Source of the DNA: Actinomycetota bacterium | Lineage (GTDB): Bacteria; Actinomycetota; UBA4738; HRBIN12 | Assembly: GCA_005885035.1 (NCBI GenBank) | Contig: VAXZ01000111.1 | Coordinates: 1,603-65,602 of the forward strand | Length of the DNA stretch: 64,000 bases | Direction: 5' to 3' | Shown here: positions 1-9,716 of the stretch, piece after piece | Numbering within the stretch: the first letter of the stretch is position 1 | Layout: each line of letters opens with the position of its first letter | The notes under the pieces: model-generated | The model's input: only the letters and a program-made list of their open reading frames with translations | Told to the model about the DNA's origin: nothing | The model's database searches: none | Position numbers and translations under genes: made by a program

Positions 1-1028
1 TCGCGGGAGGGATCGCCGGTCACGGATATGACGTCGATCTGGTCCTCAGCCGCGCTGAGGGCCATTACCTCCAGGAGGTACCCGACTCGGTTCGGATCGT
101 GGACCTTCATGCGCGACGCCTCCTCTCGAGCATCCCCGGCCTCGTGCGCTACCTCCGTCGCGACCGCCCGAACGCGATGCTCACGTCCATGAACTACGTG
201 AACATCGTCGGTATCTGGGCCAGGACGATCGCGCGGGTGGATACCAGGTTGATCGTGAACGAGCAGAACGCGCTTTCGCTCGAAGCCGCGCACTCGCCCC
301 GCCGGCGACACCGGCTCATGCCACGATTGATCAGGCACTTCTATCCATGGGCCGACGGCGTGACGTCCGTCGCGCGGGGAACGGCGGACGATCTCGAAAG
401 CACGGCGGGTGTGTCCCCGAGCCTGATCGAGGTCGTGCACAACCCGATCGTGACCACGGAACTGCGAGAGCTGGTGGCGGAGCCGCTGGGCCATCCTTGG
501 TTCGGCCGCGGACAGGTCCCCGTGGTGCTCGGGGTAGGACGTCTCGCACCCCAGAAGGACTTCGGGACGCTGATCCGCGCCTTCGCTCGGGTGATCGCGC
601 GACGTCCATGTCGCCTCATGATCCTCGGGGACGGGCCCGAGCGGGCGTCCCTCGAGATGCTCGTCGCCGAACGAGGGTTGACGGGATCGGTCGATCTTCC
701 TGGTTGGATCTCCAACCCATACCCGTATATGGCGCATGCGGGCGTCTTCGTGCTTTCCTCTCGATGGGAAGGGCTTCCTTCGGTGCTGATCGAGGCGCTC
801 TTCTGCGGGGTTCCGGTCGTCGCCACGGACTGCCTCAGCGGTCCCCGGGAGATCCTCGAGGGCGGCAGGTACGGCGCGCTCGTCCCGGTCGGGAACGAGG
901 ACGCGCTCGCCGCGGCTATCGAGAGAGCGTTGACGGGCGAGTTGGAGCTACCGCCGGCGGAGAGCTGGGAACCGTACGAACAGGAGACCGTCGTGAGGCG
1001 CTACCTGGAAGTCCTGGTGGGAGGGTAG
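1..1028 (+). CDS. Glycosyltransferase family 4 (GT4), 5'-truncated by the window edge
   Basis: Reading frame is open from nt 3. ORF track gives 99..1028, but the upstream translation (AGGIAGHGYDVDLV...) still looks like a GT-B N-domain. C-terminal GT4 motifs GVGRLAPQKDF and SRWEGLPSVLIEALFCGVPVVATD. Stop lies 2 nt before the next start. Confidence 0.8.
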   Translation, partial: AGGIAGHGYDVDLVLSRAEGHYLQEVPDSVRIVDLHARRLLSSIPGLVRYLRRDRPNAMLTSMNYVNIVGIWARTIARVDTRLIVNEQNALSLEAAHSPRRRHRLMPRLIRHFYPWADGVTSVARGTADDLESTAGVSPSLIEVVHNPIVTTELRELVAEPLGHPWFGRGQVPVVLGVGRLAPQKDFGTLIRAFARVIARRPCRLMILGDGPERASLEMLVAERGLTGSVDLPGWISNPYPYMAHAGVFVLSSRWEGLPSVLIEALFCGVPVVATDCLSGPREILEGGRYGALVPVGNEDALAAAIERALTGELELPPAESWEPYEQETVVRRYLEVLVGG

Positions 1029-1030
1029 CG

Positions 1031-2239
1031 ATGCGGAGGGTCGTCTACGCGCTGTCGCTGGTCCTGATCTTCACGATCCCCTGGGAAGGAGCGCTGCAAT
1101 CGGGGCTGGGAACCATCGCGACGGTCATGGGGATCGTGGTGACGGTGCTCTGGGTCGCGCTGATCGCGATGACCGGGCAGATGCGCCGGCCGATCACTTT
1201 CCTCTACGTGACCTGCATCTTCGTGTTCTGGATCGGGCTCACGGCCTTCTGGAGCGCCGATCCCGTCAACAGCATGAGTGCCGTCCTTCGATGGATCGAG
1301 TCCCTCGTTTTCACCTTCACGCTGTGGGACCTCTACCGGACCCGAACGGAAGTCCTGATGGGCCTCCAGGCATACGTGCTCGGCTCCTACGTGGCCATCG
1401 CGGGAGCGTTCGCGAACTACCTCGGTTCGCACGCCTTCTACACCCACTACGAGCGCTTCAGTCCCGGCAACACCAATCCGGACGGGTACGGTTTCACGGT
1501 CGCCCTTGGTGTCCCGATCGCCTGCTACCTCGCTGCGGCTCCCGAGACCTCGAGACGAGCCCGGGCGATCAACCTTGCGTACCTCCCGGTGGGCTTCGTT
1601 GGCATCGCGCTGTCGGGGACCCGGACCGCGTCGGTGGCGGCAGCGGTCGGTCTGCTGTTCGGCCTCGCCCTGCTCACCCGACTGAAACTATCCACGCGGG
1701 TCGCGGTCGTGGCGCTCCTGGCGTCGACGATGCTCGTGGTGTTGCCGATCGTTCAACCGTTGAAGTCGTTCCAGCGGCTCGGGACGACCGGAACCGACCT
1801 CAGCCAAGGCAACCTGAACGGCAGGACCGCGCAATGGGCTCAAGGCTTCGTCGCCCTCTCCGATCATCCGTTCTTCGGCGTGGGCACCGACCAATACCGT
1901 TCCGTGAACACCCTCGACAAGGTGGCCCACAACTCCTACCTGTCGGTCATGGTCGAGCTCGGTTTGGTTGGCTTCGCGATGTTCGCCTCGATCCTGTGGA
2001 TCGCTTTCCGATACGCCTTGATCCAGCCGAAGTGGGACAGGAGGTTCTGGGTCACCCTCCTCACGGTTTGGGCGATCGGCGCTTCCACGCTGTCCTATGA
2101 ACATCGGAAGACGACATGGCTCGTCCTGACGCTGTGCGTGGCAGCCGGGTCGATCGTCCGTGAACCCGCACCGCCGGCACGTGAGGAACCCGACACGGTC
2201 GCGTCGGTCCCGGTTGGCGTCCTGGGCCGGTCCGGATGA
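1031..2239 (+). CDS. O-antigen ligase / Wzy-like polymerase family membrane protein
   Basis: ATG at 1031 (aa 229 of ORF 347..2239; upstream part is out-of-frame read-through over the GT). Multi-TM protein with FFGVGTDQYRSVNTLDKVAHNSYLSVMVELGLVGF (Wzy_C/O-antigen ligase signature). ATGA overlap with the next gene. Confidence 0.7.
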   Translation: MRRVVYALSLVLIFTIPWEGALQSGLGTIATVMGIVVTVLWVALIAMTGQMRRPITFLYVTCIFVFWIGLTAFWSADPVNSMSAVLRWIESLVFTFTLWDLYRTRTEVLMGLQAYVLGSYVAIAGAFANYLGSHAFYTHYERFSPGNTNPDGYGFTVALGVPIACYLAAAPETSRRARAINLAYLPVGFVGIALSGTRTASVAAAVGLLFGLALLTRLKLSTRVAVVALLASTMLVVLPIVQPLKSFQRLGTTGTDLSQGNLNGRTAQWAQGFVALSDHPFFGVGTDQYRSVNTLDKVAHNSYLSVMVELGLVGFAMFASILWIAFRYALIQPKWDRRFWVTLLTVWAIGASTLSYEHRKTTWLVLTLCVAAGSIVREPAPPAREEPDTVASVPVGVLGRSG

Positions 2240-3102
2240 CCCTTCCGACGTTCGTTGGGATCGGGGTTCCGCGCGCCGGGACGACCTGGCTGCACACGCT
2301 GCTATCCGGGCATCCGGACGCGTACCTCCCCACACGGCGGAAAGAAGTGCGGTTCTTCGACCGCCACTTCGACCGAGGGGTCGAATGGTACGAGGGGTTC
2401 TTCTCTCCTCCGGAGGGAGCTGGCGGATACCGAGCGATCGGCGAGATCTCTCCTCAGTACCTCTACGGCCAAGAGTGCCCGACGAGGATCGCGACGGTGC
2501 TGCCGTCCGCGAAGCTCCTCGTGATGCTGCGGCATCCGGTCGACCGGGCGTACTCCCAGTACGGGTTCCTCTTGCAACGGCGCAACTACCGGGGGTCGTT
2601 CGAAGAGTTCCTGAGGGCCAGACCGCGAGCCCTCGAGATGGGCTATTACAGCCGCCATCTGCGGAGGTACCTCGATCGCTTCGATCGGGGACAGATCCTG
2701 CCCATCGTCTTCGAGGAAGCCGTCCGCGGCGGCGAGACGGTCCGTCGCGATCTGGCCGGCTTCCTCGGCATCTCCGAAGGTGCGTTCCCGGCGGCGATCG
2801 ACCGCGTGAACGCGAGCTCCATGCCCAAGTACCCACGGATCGCGAACCTCGCCGTCAGGACCGGCCGACGCCTCAGGAGGCGGCACCTGGAATCGATCGT
2901 CGATCTGGGAGGTCGATTGGGTGTTCGCCGGTTCATGACGAGCGGCACGCAGGTTCCGAGATTGGATACTGACCTCAGGAGCGAGCTCGGCCGGCGGTAC
3001 GTGGATGAGTTCGATGCGCTGGAAGGGATGCTGGGCATCGATCTGAGCTGTTGGAAGGATCGGCCGGCGAAACGGAGGACGGGCGATGCCGCGCCGGTCT
3101 AG
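2236..3102 (+). CDS. PAPS-dependent sulfotransferase (P-loop sulfotransferase fold)
   Basis: 5'-PSB motif VPRAGTTWLH and 3'-PB motif RHPVDRAYSQY. 288 aa. Confidence 0.8.
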   Translation: MTLPTFVGIGVPRAGTTWLHTLLSGHPDAYLPTRRKEVRFFDRHFDRGVEWYEGFFSPPEGAGGYRAIGEISPQYLYGQECPTRIATVLPSAKLLVMLRHPVDRAYSQYGFLLQRRNYRGSFEEFLRARPRALEMGYYSRHLRRYLDRFDRGQILPIVFEEAVRGGETVRRDLAGFLGISEGAFPAAIDRVNASSMPKYPRIANLAVRTGRRLRRRHLESIVDLGGRLGVRRFMTSGTQVPRLDTDLRSELGRRYVDEFDALEGMLGIDLSCWKDRPAKRRTGDAAPV

Positions 3103-4324
3103 GACACGACCGAACGGGGATCGGTCGCTCGACGTGTTGATCGTGTCCCAGCCCGCCGACTACGGTGTCGCGATCTACGTCCGGGAGCTGGCCCGATCGG
3201 CCGTGGAGGCCGGGCACGATGTGACCGTGATCAGCCCCCCGGAGTCGCGAGGGCCCTTGGCCAGCTGGGTCACGAGCGTCGGAGCCCGGCATCACACACT
3301 CGACATGGCCCGCAGGCCCGCCCTCCGTGATCCCTTCGACGTCTTGACCCTCCGCCGTCTCGCGCGAGGGCGCGACGTCCTGCACGTGCATTCGTCCAAG
3401 GCGGCCGCGCTCGGGCGCGTCGCGGCAGCGACCCTGCCGCGACGAGCCCGACCCGCGGTCGTGATGACTCCCCACTACTGGTCGTGGCTCGTCGGCGGGC
3501 GGCTTGAGGCCCTCTACCGGTGGATCGAGCGGCTGCTTGCTCGCCGCTGCGACGTGATCGTCGCCGTCTCCGAACGGGAAGAGGTGGAAGGTCGCTCGGT
3601 GCTGGGCGCGGACGCCCGACTGCTGTTGATACCGAACGGCGTCGATCGAGCACACTTCTCCCCTGAGGGACCGTCTGCGGAACGAGACGTCGGCCATCCC
3701 CTGATCGCCTGCGTGGGAAGGCTGAGCGAGCAGAAGGGTCAGGACGTCGCGATCCGCGCGCTCGCGCTGCTGAGCGATCGCACGTCGAGGCTCCGCCTCG
3801 TCGGGGGGGAGAGCACCCCGGGGCACCGCAGGCAGTTGGAGGAGCTCGCCAACTCGCTCGGCGTCGCGGAGCGGATCGAGTGGCGCGGTCCCGTGGACGA
3901 CACCGCCCCCGAGTACCGCGCCGCCGACGTGGTCATCGCGCCGTCCCGGTGGGAAGGCATGTCGCTCGCGTCGCTGGAGGCATTGTCGTGCGGTTCGGCG
4001 ATGGTCGCCACCGATGTGTCCGGGAGCGAAGCCCTCGGGTCCGCAGCCGTGATCGTGCCTCGAGACGATCCCGATGGGCTGGCCGGAGCCATCGACAGGC
4101 TCCTTCGCGATCCGGAGAAGCGGCGAGCGCTCGGGCTTGCGGCGAGAGCCCAGAGCCGGCCGTTCGACGTGTCCGCGACGATGCGTCGGAACCTCGATCT
4201 GTGGACCGAGCTCGTGCATGGAGGAGCCTGGCAAAGGAGTCAGGAGGACGGCTCGGGAGCGGTCGGGTCGGCCGTGCCCGGGACGCCTTCCGCTGCAACA
4301 GGGACGTGGACGACGGATGCGTGA
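3086..4324 (+). CDS. Glycosyltransferase family 4
   Basis: SRWEGMSLASLEALSCGSAMVATDVSGS and GRLSEQKG motifs. 412 aa. Overlaps the flanking genes. Confidence 0.85.
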   Translation: MPRRSRTRPNGDRSLDVLIVSQPADYGVAIYVRELARSAVEAGHDVTVISPPESRGPLASWVTSVGARHHTLDMARRPALRDPFDVLTLRRLARGRDVLHVHSSKAAALGRVAAATLPRRARPAVVMTPHYWSWLVGGRLEALYRWIERLLARRCDVIVAVSEREEVEGRSVLGADARLLLIPNGVDRAHFSPEGPSAERDVGHPLIACVGRLSEQKGQDVAIRALALLSDRTSRLRLVGGESTPGHRRQLEELANSLGVAERIEWRGPVDDTAPEYRAADVVIAPSRWEGMSLASLEALSCGSAMVATDVSGSEALGSAAVIVPRDDPDGLAGAIDRLLRDPEKRRALGLAARAQSRPFDVSATMRRNLDLWTELVHGGAWQRSQEDGSGAVGSAVPGTPSAATGTWTTDA

Positions 4325-5138
4325 CGCCTCCGACGACACGCTCCCGCCCGTCCGGTACGTGAGCATGCCCGGGAGCCCCTACACGGGTTCCACACTCTTG
4401 GGGATGCTGATGGCCAATCACCCTGCTTGTACCTCGATCGGCGCGGCGACGGGTCTCACGGCCAAGGTGGATCTGGACACCTACCTGTGCTCGTGCGGCC
4501 TGCTGTTCACCGAGTGCTGCTTCTGGCATCGCATCGCCCGACGGACGGAGGAGCTCGGGTATCCGGTGACCGTGTTCAAGACGAACTTCTGGAACACACA
4601 TGTCCGGGTCTCGGGACGCCGATGGCTCAACGGGGTCGTCGTGAGCTCGCTCGGGAACCCCTCGTTGACGGCCATCCGCGACGCGACGGTCGGCAGGACC
4701 CCTCCGGTTCGCCGGCGCGTCTCGGAGGCGAGGGCAACCACGTGGAGCCTGGCTCGGTCGATCCTGGAGGAGACGGGCAGGAGCGTGTTCGTGGACACGG
4801 CGCGTGATCATCAACGTCCGCGCTACCTCGCAGGTGCACCTGGCCTGCGGCTCAAGGTCATCCATCTGGTCCGCGATCCGCGCGGCAACGTCGCCAGCAT
4901 CATGAAGCACACCGGCGTCGACGTCGGGCACGCGGCTCGCCAGTGGCGCCACTACAACGTGGAGGCCGATCGCGTCGGTCGCTCGTTCCCACGCGGAGCG
5001 TGGATGCGGCTGCATTACGAGGAGCTGTGCTCGCAACCGCAAGAGACACTGGAGCGCGTCGCGATGTTCATCGGGGTGGAGCCCATCCCGGTGTCCGATC
5101 ACCTGCAGCCATCCGAGCATCATGTGATCGGCAACTGA
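4317..5138 (+). CDS. Sulfotransferase (P-loop fold)
   Basis: ATG at 4317 (aa 82 of ORF 4074..5138), overlapping the GT stop by 8 nt. SMPGSPYTGSTLLG (PSB-like loop) and KVIHLVRDPRGNVAS (3'-PB-like RDPR). Confidence 0.7.
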   Translation: MRDASDDTLPPVRYVSMPGSPYTGSTLLGMLMANHPACTSIGAATGLTAKVDLDTYLCSCGLLFTECCFWHRIARRTEELGYPVTVFKTNFWNTHVRVSGRRWLNGVVVSSLGNPSLTAIRDATVGRTPPVRRRVSEARATTWSLARSILEETGRSVFVDTARDHQRPRYLAGAPGLRLKVIHLVRDPRGNVASIMKHTGVDVGHAARQWRHYNVEADRVGRSFPRGAWMRLHYEELCSQPQETLERVAMFIGVEPIPVSDHLQPSEHHVIGN

Positions 5139-5150
5139 CCTCGGGTACGA

Positions 5151-6008
5151 GTGGCCATGAGCGACTCTCGCCGGCTGCTCGTGTTCGTCCACATCAACAA
5201 GACGGCTGGAACGACCGTGCGATACATCCTGCGCAGCTCGTACGGGGCTCGGCATTGCGACGTGGAGCCGTGGCACGGCGCCTGGACTGACCCCCCGTTC
5301 TCGACCCCCGACCTGCAGCGCGTCCGTCGGCTCTACCCGAGGCTCACCAGCATCGCCGGCCACCGCGTGAGCGGATACATCGACCTGGAGGAGCCCGGGA
5401 CCGAGTTCAGGTACCTGACCTTCCTCCGCGAACCGATCGCCCTCTGTGCTTCTCGCTTCCAATATCGCCTCGACCACCGGAAGAGGACCGATCTTTCCTT
5501 CGAGGCATGGATCCAGAAGGACTGGGTTCGCAACGCCCAGACGCAGCGGATCGGCGGTACGGCGGATGCGAACGAGGCGATCTCGGTGATCTCCCGGAAA
5601 GAGATGTTCGTCGGCGTCACCGAGGCGTTCGACCGCTCCATCGTCTTGCTGCGCGCCCTCCGCGCACCTGACCTCGACATCCGCTACGCGCCGGTGAACG
5701 TCGCCAAGAGCTCGCGCATCGCGAAGGATCTTCTGGACGATCCTCGCACCCGGGCGATGATCGTGGAGGCGAACCAGGCCGATCTCGAGCTCTACCGGCA
5801 CGTGAAGGAGGAGCTCTTCCCGGCGATGGAGCGCGGATACGGTCCTTCGCTCGCCGATTCCGTCGCAGCGTTCCGTGACGGTCAGGCGAAGCGATTCAAC
5901 CGGCGGCATCTGGCCATGTACGGGCTCAAGCAGCGCTTGGTGCTCCAGCCGGCTATGAAGCTCTACCGACGGTCGAGCAGGCACGACGTCGTCGACGTGC
6001 CTCATTGA
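5151..6008 (+). CDS. Sulfotransferase, Sulfotransfer_2-like (HS2ST/Gal3ST-type)
   Basis: N-terminal FVHINKTAGTT resembles the FVHIPKTGGT 5'-PSB of Sulfotransfer_2 enzymes. 285 aa. Starts 13 nt after the previous gene. Confidence 0.6.
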   Translation: MAMSDSRRLLVFVHINKTAGTTVRYILRSSYGARHCDVEPWHGAWTDPPFSTPDLQRVRRLYPRLTSIAGHRVSGYIDLEEPGTEFRYLTFLREPIALCASRFQYRLDHRKRTDLSFEAWIQKDWVRNAQTQRIGGTADANEAISVISRKEMFVGVTEAFDRSIVLLRALRAPDLDIRYAPVNVAKSSRIAKDLLDDPRTRAMIVEANQADLELYRHVKEELFPAMERGYGPSLADSVAAFRDGQAKRFNRRHLAMYGLKQRLVLQPAMKLYRRSSRHDVVDVPH

Positions 6009-6308
6009 GCATCAGGGACCGGACCCTCAACGATCCAGCCGAAGGCTGAGGTCCCTGCCGATGAGCTCCGCGGTCTTGCCGATGCCGTCTCGGAAGCGCT
6101 CGCGCAACTCCGTCGCGAGCTTCCTCGGGCGATCGGGGCGCGCGACGCAGGTTCCCGCGTCCGTGTTCGTCGCGCCCAGTCCCCCGCTCGCTTCGGGATC
6201 CACGGATCGACCTCTCTCCCGAGCGAGTCGTTCGTGAAGACGCGCTCGAGCAGCATGGGGCCGTCGTCCCCGCCTTCGCCGCGCCGACGACGATGAGATC
6301 GGGAAGCG

Positions 6309-7769
6309 TCACGGTGCGCTCGGATCGGACCCGTCGATCGCTTCCCGGATCGCGTCCTTGATCTCGATCACGACGCTCTCGAACGCTCGGTCGGTATCGA
6401 TGCGATGGACCACCGAACCATCGAATCGGAGATCGGCGCTGATCGCATGCCGCAGCCGCACGTAGCCTTCGGGCTCCCGCTTCTGTCGGTGAGCGTTCCG
6501 AGCGAGCGTGACCTCGAGCGGGGCCGTGAGATGGAACACGATGTCGGGAGCGGGGATGTCCCGATACAGCCGACCTTCGAGCGCAGCCAAGACGCGGCGA
6601 GCCGACGGACGACCGGAGCGCAGGGGGAGATGCCCGAGCTGCGGCCCGTCCGGAGCACCCCCCGTTCCCGAGGGGTACCGATCACTCAGGACGATCGTTC
6701 CGCCAGGGGACCGCTCGAGGGCTCCGAGGATCAGCGCCCGTCGCTCGTACGCCAGCATGATGGAGCGGAACGCGAACAGGAGCGGGTAGCCCCCTCGCGT
6801 CGGAGGATCCTCCTCCATCTTGGCTTCGACCCGAAGAAGTCGCTGCTCGGGGAACAGGGTCCGGAACGCGGGCAGCAGGACATGGGGGAGGAAGGTGAGC
6901 CACGTGCTCGGCGGCTTCCCCGCGTGGATCCGCCGGACCTGATGGTCCCGACCGAGCCAAGCCTCGACCTCGTTCAGGATCGTGGACTTGCCACTCGCCT
7001 CGGACCCCACGAACGCGATCGATCGGACGGGGATCTGCGGCGTCTCGCCGCCGGCTCCGCCCAAGCCGACGAGGACCTGGTGCACCACATCCTCGAATCC
7101 CTCGCGGGAGTCGTCGGTGATCTCGGCGATCAGGAGTCGTTCGCGGATCGCTTCCCTCACCGCCAGGCGTTCGAAGAGCTCCACGGCACGCGCGAGCCTG
7201 CCCGCGACCTGGTTGCGGCTCCGTCCGGCCAGCTCACGGCGCGGATCTGGACGTCTCATCGCACGTTCCACCAGCAGATCGAGCGGAGCCCTCACGTAGA
7301 CGATGCGGTCGGGCATGGGAACCAGGCGAGCGAAGCGGTCCAGATCGACGTCCCCGTACGGAGCATCGCTGTACACGAATAGTTGGTACGCCGAGAGGAG
7401 GACCCCTTCGTCGACCAGAACCGTCCTCCGGTCGGACGCGCGGCGAGCCAACTCGTGCACGCCAACCTTCCGGACGATGTTCAGCCGGTAGTTGTACTTC
7501 GCGAACGTGGATGGCGCGTAGCGCCGGAGTCGGTCGAACGCGAAGCGGACGAACTCCCCATCCCGCCTATACGCTCGGACGAACGACGGGAACGAGATCA
7601 CGTCCGCCGCGAGATTGATCGTGCTGGGATCGGTTATCCACCGCAGGCCCGCACGGTCGCGCACCAGATCGACGGACAGGATCGCGCGAGAGCCGTTGCT
7701 CCGCCGACGAACCTCCTTCGCGAGGCTCGTCTTCCCCGCTCCGCTGCACCCGATGAACTCAACGATCAT
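6309..7769 (-). CDS. Tandem double P-loop NTPase/kinase-like protein, function unknown
   Basis: Two Walker A motifs (FIGCSGAGKTS and FVGSEASGKST), each followed by similar downstream blocks (DEGVLLSAYQLF). Likely start is M34 (MIVEF) at 7769, which forms an ATGA overlap with the stop of the upstream GT gene. ORF track start is 7868. Confidence 0.55.
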   Translation of the reverse strand: MIVEFIGCSGAGKTSLAKEVRRRSNGSRAILSVDLVRDRAGLRWITDPSTINLAADVISFPSFVRAYRRDGEFVRFAFDRLRRYAPSTFAKYNYRLNIVRKVGVHELARRASDRRTVLVDEGVLLSAYQLFVYSDAPYGDVDLDRFARLVPMPDRIVYVRAPLDLLVERAMRRPDPRRELAGRSRNQVAGRLARAVELFERLAVREAIRERLLIAEITDDSREGFEDVVHQVLVGLGGAGGETPQIPVRSIAFVGSEASGKSTILNEVEAWLGRDHQVRRIHAGKPPSTWLTFLPHVLLPAFRTLFPEQRLLRVEAKMEEDPPTRGGYPLLFAFRSIMLAYERRALILGALERSPGGTIVLSDRYPSGTGGAPDGPQLGHLPLRSGRPSARRVLAALEGRLYRDIPAPDIVFHLTAPLEVTLARNAHRQKREPEGYVRLRHAISADLRFDGSVVHRIDTDRAFESVVIEIKDAIREAIDGSDPSAP

Positions 7770-8929
7770 CGGTGGGGCACCGCCGGTCGTGCCGTCTCCA
7801 GATACACGGCATCGGTGGCCGTACGCATGACGGGCAACGTGAAACGCGCGCTCACGTGCGCTCGGCACAGGCGACCGATCTCGCGCCGCTCGTCGGACGA
7901 CATCGCTCGGTAACGCCTGATCTGCATCGCGAACCCTTCGACGTCACCCGGCCGGACGAACGGGATGAACCCGGCGTCTTCGGCGATCTCTCGGTGGGGC
8001 GGGATGTCGGACAGGATGACCGGGCATCCGGCAGCCATCGCCTCCAGGACGGCCACCGGCAGACCCTCGCCGTTCGAGGTGGAGACGAAGACGTCGGCTT
8101 CGGCGCACGCGACGAACACCTCTTCTCGGGGGATGAGGCCTCGCAACGTGACGCGGTCCCGAAGGCCCGCGCGGTCGATCCGGGCTTCCAGCTCCGTTCC
8201 GAGCCGTCCCCCACCGATGAAGACGAGTCGACCGCCGTCGTCGCGGTCCACGCTGCTTGCGAACGCGTCGAGCATGACGAACGGGTCCTTCACGACATCG
8301 AGACGACCTACGGACAGGACGGTGAAGCGCCCATCCTCCCTGCCGACCGGGGCGGCAGCGACGGCGCGGTCGACCCGGTCGATGTCAGCTCCGTTCTGGA
8401 CGACCCGCCAACGATCGCGTACGAGCCATTTCAGCGCCCGCGGCAGGCTCTCGTACGCCGACCGGCTGCAGAAGATCACGCGATGGAAGGTCGCGAGGGG
8501 GACGACCATCAACGCCTTGTCCCGAAGCCGGTAATCGTAGAACGAATCCTGGACGGTGTAGACCAGCGAACGCCGGAGCCGGCGCGATCGGCGCCGGGCG
8601 AGCACCGCGAGCAGCAACAGGACGCCCGACTGCGGGGCGTGAGCATGGATGACGTCGTAGTCATCGGCATCCAGCGCGCGCCCCAAACTTCGGAAGAACC
8701 CTCTCAGCGTTCCGTCACCAGCGAACATCGTGATCTCCGAAGGTGGGGTCAATCGCGGCACGAAGTAGGTGCTGATCGAGAGATCGCGCTCTCCGATCAA
8801 CGGGAGACAGTGCTCGTTGTACTGCCCGTTGGTCTCGCCGAGCATCAGGATCAGGTGCAAGACCTTGAGCCTTCGCACGGCGGCATCCTGCGTGCCGGTC
8901 GGGACGGGTCGGCCCTCGCTATCGAGCAT
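7766..8929 (-). CDS. Glycosyltransferase family 4
   Basis: GEGLPVAVLEAMAAGCPVILSDIPPHREI; GT-B fold. 387 aa. Confidence 0.85.
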   Translation of the reverse strand: MLDSEGRPVPTGTQDAAVRRLKVLHLILMLGETNGQYNEHCLPLIGERDLSISTYFVPRLTPPSEITMFAGDGTLRGFFRSLGRALDADDYDVIHAHAPQSGVLLLLAVLARRRSRRLRRSLVYTVQDSFYDYRLRDKALMVVPLATFHRVIFCSRSAYESLPRALKWLVRDRWRVVQNGADIDRVDRAVAAAPVGREDGRFTVLSVGRLDVVKDPFVMLDAFASSVDRDDGGRLVFIGGGRLGTELEARIDRAGLRDRVTLRGLIPREEVFVACAEADVFVSTSNGEGLPVAVLEAMAAGCPVILSDIPPHREIAEDAGFIPFVRPGDVEGFAMQIRRYRAMSSDERREIGRLCRAHVSARFTLPVMRTATDAVYLETARPAVPHR

Positions 8930-9716
8930 GTGTTGTCAAGCGGGGCCGGAGCTCCGTCGCGAGCAGGTCGGCCGTGGCTCCCTCGGTATCGAGGCGAAAT
9001 ACCTCCGGTGCCCCCCAGGCCTCGATGCGACGGAGCACCGCGTCGAACGATCGGCGGTACGTGTCGAGGAACCGGTAGCCCTCCTCGACCCCCTCGCCCT
9101 TCGTCCTGTGGAGCTGAGAACGCCCGTTGATCCTCCGCCACAGAACATCGTCGGGTGCATCCAGCCAGACGATCGCGCTGAGCTCTCGAACCCATAACCG
9201 AAGCATGTCCTCCCACCACGCATCGAAGGCGGGCGTGGCCGTGAACGGCTTCCCTTCAGCCTTCAGACGAACGAGGGCGTAGATCGGCCCCTGATCGAGC
9301 ACGGTGACGCCGCCGCGGCGGCGCATCTCACGTCGGAGGACGGTCCGCCACCGCGTCACGTACACCAAGAGCTTGAACTCCGGCCACGTCATCCGAGGCG
9401 GTCGGCGGTCGGTCGCGAGGATCGGCAGCAGGCGCGGGGTCGCCGTCGCGACCCGGAGGAGGTGGGATGGCAGCCGCGTGTGGATGAAACCGCCCACGGC
9501 GAACTCGGAGTCCTCGCACATTGACCGCGTGAGGGTGGACTTCCCGGAACCCGCCACGCCTGCGACTTCGACCAGGCGTGGCTTCGGCAGCGTCGGAAGG
9601 CGGGACCAGCGACGATGATCGATGGTGGTGCCCACGATGCCGTCGAAACCTCCCTTTCGGCCGAGATGCTCGTGCTTCGATGGGAAACGGTACGCGGGCA
9701 CCTCGCTTGCGGCCAT
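8919..9716 (-). CDS. P-loop NTPase/kinase-like protein, single-module paralogue of 6309..7769
   Basis: Walker A VAGVAGSGKSTL. LDQGPIYALVRL and WLDAPDDVLWRRI blocks resemble each half of the tandem protein. Confidence 0.5.
   Translation of the reverse strand: MAASEVPAYRFPSKHEHLGRKGGFDGIVGTTIDHRRWSRLPTLPKPRLVEVAGVAGSGKSTLTRSMCEDSEFAVGGFIHTRLPSHLLRVATATPRLLPILATDRRPPRMTWPEFKLLVYVTRWRTVLRREMRRRGGVTVLDQGPIYALVRLKAEGKPFTATPAFDAWWEDMLRLWVRELSAIVWLDAPDDVLWRRINGRSQLHRTKGEGVEEGYRFLDTYRRSFDAVLRRIEAWGAPEVFRLDTEGATADLLATELRPRLTTHAR

Noticed and set aside
347-1030. N-terminal 228 aa of ORF 347..2239, overlapping the GT4 gene in another frame
   Set aside because: Arg/Gly/Pro-rich nonsense typical of an alternative frame in 70% GC DNA. 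The real gene starts at ATG 1031, where the hydrophobic Wzy-like sequence begins.
1688-6005. Long minus-strand ORFs (1688..2836, 2975..4366, 3933..6005) antisense to the plus-strand glycan operon
   Set aside because: Low-complexity R/G/P/A-rich translations with no recognisable domains. These are GC-bias artefacts, and the sense-strand genes have clear family signatures.
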